From IMG/VR virus record IMGVR_UViG_3300018030_000010, positions 1 to 29,778 of that record: a DNA stretch of 29,778 bases; one strand, given 5' to 3'. Below the pieces are notes generated by a model. The model saw only the letters and a program-made list of their open reading frames with translations. It was not told the DNA's origin and did not search any database. The translations under genes were made by a program, and so were the position numbers. Positions 25,901-29,778 of the stretch are shown one piece after another (the stretch's first letter is position 1; every line of letters begins with the position of its first letter). This stretch comes from a virus (taxonomy: Duplodnaviria > Caudoviricetes).

Positions 25901-26170
25901 CTAATTGATCCTTTTCCACTGCCCATTATCCTGTACTTCGTATTTACGGCCGTCCGACATTTCGACAATTTCTCCAGGCTCGTGCAATGTCACGATTGGC
26001 TCGCCGGATTTTTGTGTTTCAAGCTCAACCGCCGGGCCAACCATGTGCTCGCTCACCTGATCGAAAAGTGCCCGTAATTGGTCAACAGCCACAGCATACT
26101 TTCCGGTTACTTCCTCAAATTTTTTCAATGCTTCCGGCCTTAAGAATGGAGATTGTTGCAACTGAGCCAT
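25901..26170 (-). CDS. Hypothetical protein bracketed by repeat arms
   Basis: 89 aa, AAGGA RBS, more AT-rich than neighbours. Confidence 0.65.
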   Translation of the reverse strand: MAQLQQSPFLRPEALKKFEEVTGKYAVAVDQLRALFDQVSEHMVGPAVELETQKSGEPIVTLHEPGEIVEMSDGRKYEVQDNGQWKRIN

Positions 26171-26182
26171 GACTTTTCCTTT

Positions 26183-26245
26183 CTTCGCGGCTTCGCGTCT
26201 TCGCGTGAAATGCTTGAAGTCGCCGCCGTGGCAGGCGGCGCTACC
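26183..26245. repeat. Family C right arm (26183-26209) plus family G copy (26221-26245)
   Basis: cttcgcggcttcgcgtcttcgcgtgaa; cgccgccgtggcaggcggcgctacc, which contains the gemA stop codon. Confidence 0.85.
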
Positions 26246-26825
26246 GTCTCGGCCTATGTTCTTCGATAAACCTCATGATCTTCGGATCGTCAAACTGCTT
26301 GTCCCACCAATCCTTCCCGCACAGTTTCTCCATGCGATGCTCAAACATCTTCTTGAGGCCTTCTATAACGAGCCACGCCTCGCGCGAGGTCCTCACTCTG
26401 TCGATCCTGAGCCGCTTTTCCATCCAGCGCTTGAGGCCGTCGCGGTATTCCCAATCGATCAGCGCGGCCAGGGCGTCGATTTTCGCAAGCTCCTGGAAGC
26501 TGGCCAGGCGCACGAGCTTTCCATCCTCGCGCCCCGTTTCCCGCTGCGGGCGGCGGCGCCGCACCCAACCTGAATAGCTGCTCCCGGTCCTCCGCGTTCT
26601 TTTCTTCGTCTCGAACCCCAAAATCTCGAAGCGCTCGATTAGCCTTGTCGCTTCCATTCTTGTGAGCTGCGTGCAGCTCGATACCTTGAACTGCTCCAGG
26701 AGCATGGCCCGGTATGTATCATCATCCATGCCCAGTTCCTTTTGGGCGATCTTGATGATCTGGATCTGTCCCCGGCTGATCGGGTCCGGGAATTTGTTTG
26801 TTGATGTTTGTGTGCTGCGATTCAT
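26241..26825 (-). CDS. gemA: Mu GemA (gp16, DUF1018)-like regulatory protein
   Basis: QIQIIKIAQKELGMDDDTYRAML...SSCTQLT; LAKIDAL; AWLVIEGLKKM; start 26825 chosen. Confidence 0.88.
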   Translation of the reverse strand: MNRSTQTSTNKFPDPISRGQIQIIKIAQKELGMDDDTYRAMLLEQFKVSSCTQLTRMEATRLIERFEILGFETKKRTRRTGSSYSGWVRRRRPQRETGREDGKLVRLASFQELAKIDALAALIDWEYRDGLKRWMEKRLRIDRVRTSREAWLVIEGLKKMFEHRMEKLCGKDWWDKQFDDPKIMRFIEEHRPRR

Positions 26826-26839
26826 TCGAGACCCCTTTT

Positions 26840-26925
26840 CCACCACGAAGAATGCGAAGGTTTTTAGAATAAAAATCCTGATTTTTATGACTTTTCTTCC
26901 TGATCTTCGTGCCCTTCGTGGTGAA
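26840..26925. repeat. Family A inverted element overlapping the endolysin 3' end
   Basis: ccaccacgaagaatgcgaag ... cttcgtgcccttcgtggtgaa. Confidence 0.88.
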
Positions 26926-27541
26926 TGCTTTGTCCCAATCCCTTTTCGATATATACGGCTTCGGCTTCGCGCCTCTCCTGCAAGCTCTTCGTATCCGGCC
27001 ACAGCCGCTTCATTGCCCGCAGCTCGGCCGGGATCGCCGCCCACTTGCCGCCGGCGACGTCCTTGCGTATATTCATCATCTCTATCCGGCTCGGGCCGTA
27101 TACCGATGAGCCCCTATTGAACACAACCGACAGCAAGGCCTCCTGGACGCATTGTGGCGCCTCTTCGACCCCAGGGAAGGCTACCTGTGCCATCTTGAAA
27201 TAACGAGGCACCGTGTAGCGCCTGAACTGCGCCAGGGCGATTTCCCACGGAATGGAAACCTCCTGCATTTGGGGCAAAAACCGCTTCGCAGCATCTCCCT
27301 TCACCCCTACCATCGTCGCCAGCTTCGCAAGCGCTTCCACGGAGAGAAATTCCTGCCATTCCTGCATCAAGTCTGCCGTTGGATGCTGGCCCACGTCCCA
27401 GCCGATGCCGATAGTGATTCCGGACGTTGTATCTTTGCCGCCCGGCACGGTCGGATGGACGCAAAATTTGCTGTAATATTTCTCGCCGCCGCCCACTTCC
27501 CAATCGAGTAGAAGCTGCAATCCCTCAGATGTCAGTTGCAT
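26885..27541 (-). CDS. Endolysin (lysozyme-fold muramidase, pesticin C-terminal/GH24-like)
   Basis: LLLDWEVGG, SGITIGIGWDVG, ALLSVVFNRG, RREAEA. Confidence 0.85.
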   Translation of the reverse strand: MQLTSEGLQLLLDWEVGGGEKYYSKFCVHPTVPGGKDTTSGITIGIGWDVGQHPTADLMQEWQEFLSVEALAKLATMVGVKGDAAKRFLPQMQEVSIPWEIALAQFRRYTVPRYFKMAQVAFPGVEEAPQCVQEALLSVVFNRGSSVYGPSRIEMMNIRKDVAGGKWAAIPAELRAMKRLWPDTKSLQERREAEAVYIEKGLGQSIHHEGHEDQEEKS

Positions 27542-27561
27542 CGATTTTTCCTTTCATTTTG

Positions 27562-27627
27562 TTCACGCGAAGACGCGAAGCCGCGAAAATTCGAAAGCAT
27601 CTCACGCGGAGACGCGGAGCCGCGAAG
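27562..27627. repeat. Two tandem left arms (family C and C')
   Basis: ttcacgcgaagacgcgaagccgcgaa and tcacgcggagacgcggagccgcgaag. Confidence 0.85.
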
Positions 27628-27629
27628 AG

Positions 27630-27866
27630 TTATCGAACACTCCAGGCAATCCCTTTTTCCTGGGCCAGCATCGCAAGGTACGCGCATGCATCATATTGGT
27701 AATCAAAACACACGCTGCGGCCGCCTGTTGTGCATGGATACCACCGGCCCGCAATCTCGATCTCTACGCCCCACAGGATGCGCCTGCTAATTAAATCCAC
27801 CCATCGCGCCGGCCGCATTCTGACTCCCTGCTTGCCTGCCTTCGGCTTTCTCTTTTTTTTGAGCAT
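27630..27866 (-). CDS. Hypothetical protein
   Basis: 78 aa, AAGGAG RBS. Confidence 0.6.
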   Translation of the reverse strand: MLKKKRKPKAGKQGVRMRPARWVDLISRRILWGVEIEIAGRWYPCTTGGRSVCFDYQYDACAYLAMLAQEKGIAWSVR

Positions 27867-27898
27867 CGCCTATCGCTCCTTAAAAACTTAAAAATGTC

Positions 27899-28011
27899 TC
27901 ACCACGAAGAGCACAGAGAGCACGAAGATATCTTTTCGAGAAAAAGCTCCCGGATCTGTCTGCCTTAAATGCTTAGTCATTCTTCGTGTCCTTTATGTCC
28001 TTCGTGGTGAA
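27899..28011. repeat. Family A inverted element (one B-type unit)
   Basis: tcaccacgaagagcacagagagcacgaag ... cttcgtgtcctttatgtccttcgtggtgaa. Confidence 0.88.
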
Positions 28012-28015
28012 GGCC

Positions 28016-28720
28016 CTACTGCAGCCCCTCCAGCACCCGGCTCAATTCACTCGAAAGCTGCTTGATCTTCGCCACCTGGTCCCGGCGCACAAAAATATCG
28101 CCGAACTCCTCCTGGATCCGCTTGATCTCGGCCGCATATTTGGCCGGGTCTCCTTTTACCTGCTGAAGGAGCCCGGTCACGACCGCCACCCATGCCGGAG
28201 GACCGTCCTCGCCGGGTCCCGGAACATCGGCGATATCGCGGTGCATCTTTGCCTCGCCTTCAAACCCAAGACTGAGTTGCACCATTGCGTCGGCATAAGC
28301 GGCTTTGCGGCCCCGCGCGGCTTTGACCAGGCCCGTCATTGCGCGCCGGTGAAACGCCCTGTAATTACCTTCGACGTCTTCCTTGCTCGCCGGCAGCCAG
28401 TATCCGCCGCCGTTTCCGGCCATGCAGCAGATTGATATGCCGTGCGTTATAATGAGGCTGTTTATGGTCTCCCGCACCTGCCGTTTGCAGGATTCGATCC
28501 GCGTGCGCTCTTCATTCCAGTTCGGCGTTTCCGATTCCCAGATCGTCGGATAGATGATCTGCGCCAGGGCATTGGACGATAGCCTTCCCGCGTGCCCGAG
28601 GGGTTTTCCACTTTCGTCGTATCCAGCCTGTACCAGCGCAGCCAGTATCAGCCGTTCGTTGTCATCGAGCCTGTTTCCATCCAGCGCCGCCCGGGCGCTT
28701 TTAAGAGATCCGATTTCCAT
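28016..28720 (-). CDS. Hypothetical winged-helix-like phage protein
   Basis: KRQVRETINSLI..HGISI...GGGYWLP pattern; AAGGAG RBS. Confidence 0.65.
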   Translation of the reverse strand: MEIGSLKSARAALDGNRLDDNERLILAALVQAGYDESGKPLGHAGRLSSNALAQIIYPTIWESETPNWNEERTRIESCKRQVRETINSLIITHGISICCMAGNGGGYWLPASKEDVEGNYRAFHRRAMTGLVKAARGRKAAYADAMVQLSLGFEGEAKMHRDIADVPGPGEDGPPAWVAVVTGLLQQVKGDPAKYAAEIKRIQEEFGDIFVRRDQVAKIKQLSSELSRVLEGLQ

Positions 28721-28743
28721 TGTCCGCTCCTTTGAAAAGCTTT

Positions 28744-28828
28744 TTCACCACGAAGGCCACGAAGCTCACGAAGAAAAAGATATCTTCATTTTTTACTCTT
28801 CCTCTTCTTCGTGTCCTTCGTGGTGGAC
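28744..28828. repeat. Family A inverted element overlapping the 3' end of 28793-29458
   Basis: ttcaccacgaaggccacgaagctcacgaag ... cttcgtgtccttcgtggtgga. Confidence 0.88.
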
Positions 28829-29458
28829 CAATGCCACTCCCAGGATTTCGCCCATCAAATTTCCAACGGCTCGCGCCGCAGCCTTTTCCTTCCATTGCCC
28901 GCAACCCAACATTTGATTCCCAGAAGTCGGGCTGCTTTTTACTTCACATCCTCTCGGTGGCCGGAATGATTCACACGTAAAACAACCTCTTCGGGTTGGT
29001 TTATGCGCAGCCGTGGAAGGCTGCGCTACCGTATCCTCTTCGCGGCTTCGCGGCTTCGCGTGAACCTGCTCTCTCTCTGCCTGCGCTGCGATTCCGCGCG
29101 CCTTCGTCCACACTACCTTTCTCAGATAGTTGTGGTTCTCCAGCTCCCTTTTGCCCTTCTCGCACATTTCCAACATCACTTCGGCCCACAGCTCCGGAGG
29201 CGCCGGCCGGGTTTCCCCGCCCTCCCAATGGACAGAACCGGCAGCAACCAGGTCTTTTAGCTCCTGGAGTATCCGCAGCGCCCGCTTCCACGACAATCCC
29301 CGCGTGCCGATCCTGAATAGCCCCAGATAGTTCGCCGCATGATGCTGAACATGATGAGGCAGCCCGGACATCACGGCGCTGAACTGCCGCACTGCCGCAT
29401 CGTTTTCCCATCCTTCCAGGCTGTATGTTCCCCCGCATCCGGGGCAGACAAGCTTCAT
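28793..29458 (-). CDS. Mu-like phage hypothetical protein with N-terminal CxxC
   Basis: MKLVCPGCG..YSLE, YLGLFR...LSWKRA, LENHNYLRKV; contains in-frame G and C repeats at 29007-29063. Confidence 0.75.
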   Translation of the reverse strand: MKLVCPGCGGTYSLEGWENDAAVRQFSAVMSGLPHHVQHHAANYLGLFRIGTRGLSWKRALRILQELKDLVAAGSVHWEGGETRPAPPELWAEVMLEMCEKGKRELENHNYLRKVVWTKARGIAAQAEREQVHAKPRSREEDTVAQPSTAAHKPTRRGCFTCESFRPPRGCEVKSSPTSGNQMLGCGQWKEKAAARAVGNLMGEILGVALVHHEGHEEEEE

Positions 29459-29778
29459 AAATTCTCACCGGTAGCGCCGCCTTGAACCCTCACTTCGTTC
29501 GGATTCGCGCTAACACTTGCGGCCGACGTTAAACGATTCAAGTTCGCGTCCGATCCTTTTTGAGGGCGCACGGCGGCGGAAGATCCTTGCGTCCTCGGCC
29601 AAAATCCGGGAGTTGTCCAGTCCTGGTCGGCCATCTCCGCCCCCGGAGGCAAATCATAAAAATGCCTTTCCTTTTTCACGCGGCTACACATACCGAGCCT
29701 CAATTGCCCCTGGGCCTCGAGTAGTTCGCGCTCATATTGCCATTCTGATCTGAAAAGGCCGCAGGCTTCGACGCTGCC
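29455..29778 (-). CDS. 3' part of a hypothetical gene (frame open to window edge) carrying an in-frame G+E insertion
   Basis: Frame open 29778-29455; TGA overlaps next ATG (ATGA). Confidence 0.5.
   Translation of the reverse strand, partial: GSVEACGLFRSEWQYERELLEAQGQLRLGMCSRVKKERHFYDLPPGAEMADQDWTTPGFWPRTQGSSAAVRPQKGSDANLNRLTSAASVSANPNEVRVQGGATGENL
29470..29578. repeat. Family G palindrome with family E (29485-29569) inserted in its loop
   Basis: ggtagcgccgcctt[gaaccctcac...tgagggcg]cacggcggcg. Confidence 0.9.

Larger units (their letters stand above)
1..29778 (-). mobile_element. Prophage/phage genome segment: Mu-like middle/packaging genes plus contractile tail module; both ends lie outside the window
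   Basis: Co-oriented run of gemA-like, Com-like, Mu-type terminase, portal, capsid, sheath, tube and tape-measure genes; no host housekeeping genes. Confidence 0.95.

Noticed and set aside
1674-27044. Longest-ORF start codons at 1733, 13956, 15231, 21856, 23939 and 27044
   Set aside because: Extensions run through repeat arms or overlap upstream genes; downstream starts fit better by RBS or stop/start coupling
76-29578. Repeat-spacer-repeat pattern as a CRISPR array
   Set aside because: Arms are inverted, dispersed one per gene junction, belong to several families and have irregular spacers; no cas genes
1-29778. Diversity-generating retroelement or retron
   Set aside because: No reverse transcriptase and no repeat pair differing only at adenines was seen; E copies differ at all base types

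Overview
The whole window is part of a myovirus-type prophage (or phage) genome, with every credible gene on the minus strand. Read right to left, it has Mu-like middle and lysis genes (endolysin, gemA, Com-like zinc finger, gp26-like protein), a Mu gp28-type large terminase, a portal that looks HK97-like, a head module, and a contractile tail module (sheath, tube, chaperone with a -1 frameshift, tape measure, LysM-like tail protein). The striking feature is non-coding. Essentially every non-overlapping gene junction (about 30 sites) holds a miniature hairpin-forming or tandem-repeat element from at least 8 sequence families: 9-bp CACGAAGNN, 9-bp CACAGAGNN, 8-bp CGCGAAGA, 8-bp TTTAGGAA/TTCCTCAA, several 7-bp units, GTAG-REP/REPIN-like palindromes, and an ~85-bp element that sits at the apex of other hairpins. 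The elements nest, swap arms, bracket probable cargo genes, supply ribosome-binding sites and have entered proteins in frame. No cognate transposase or recombinase gene is recognisable in the window. Protein calls come from motif recognition and synteny, not database searches.
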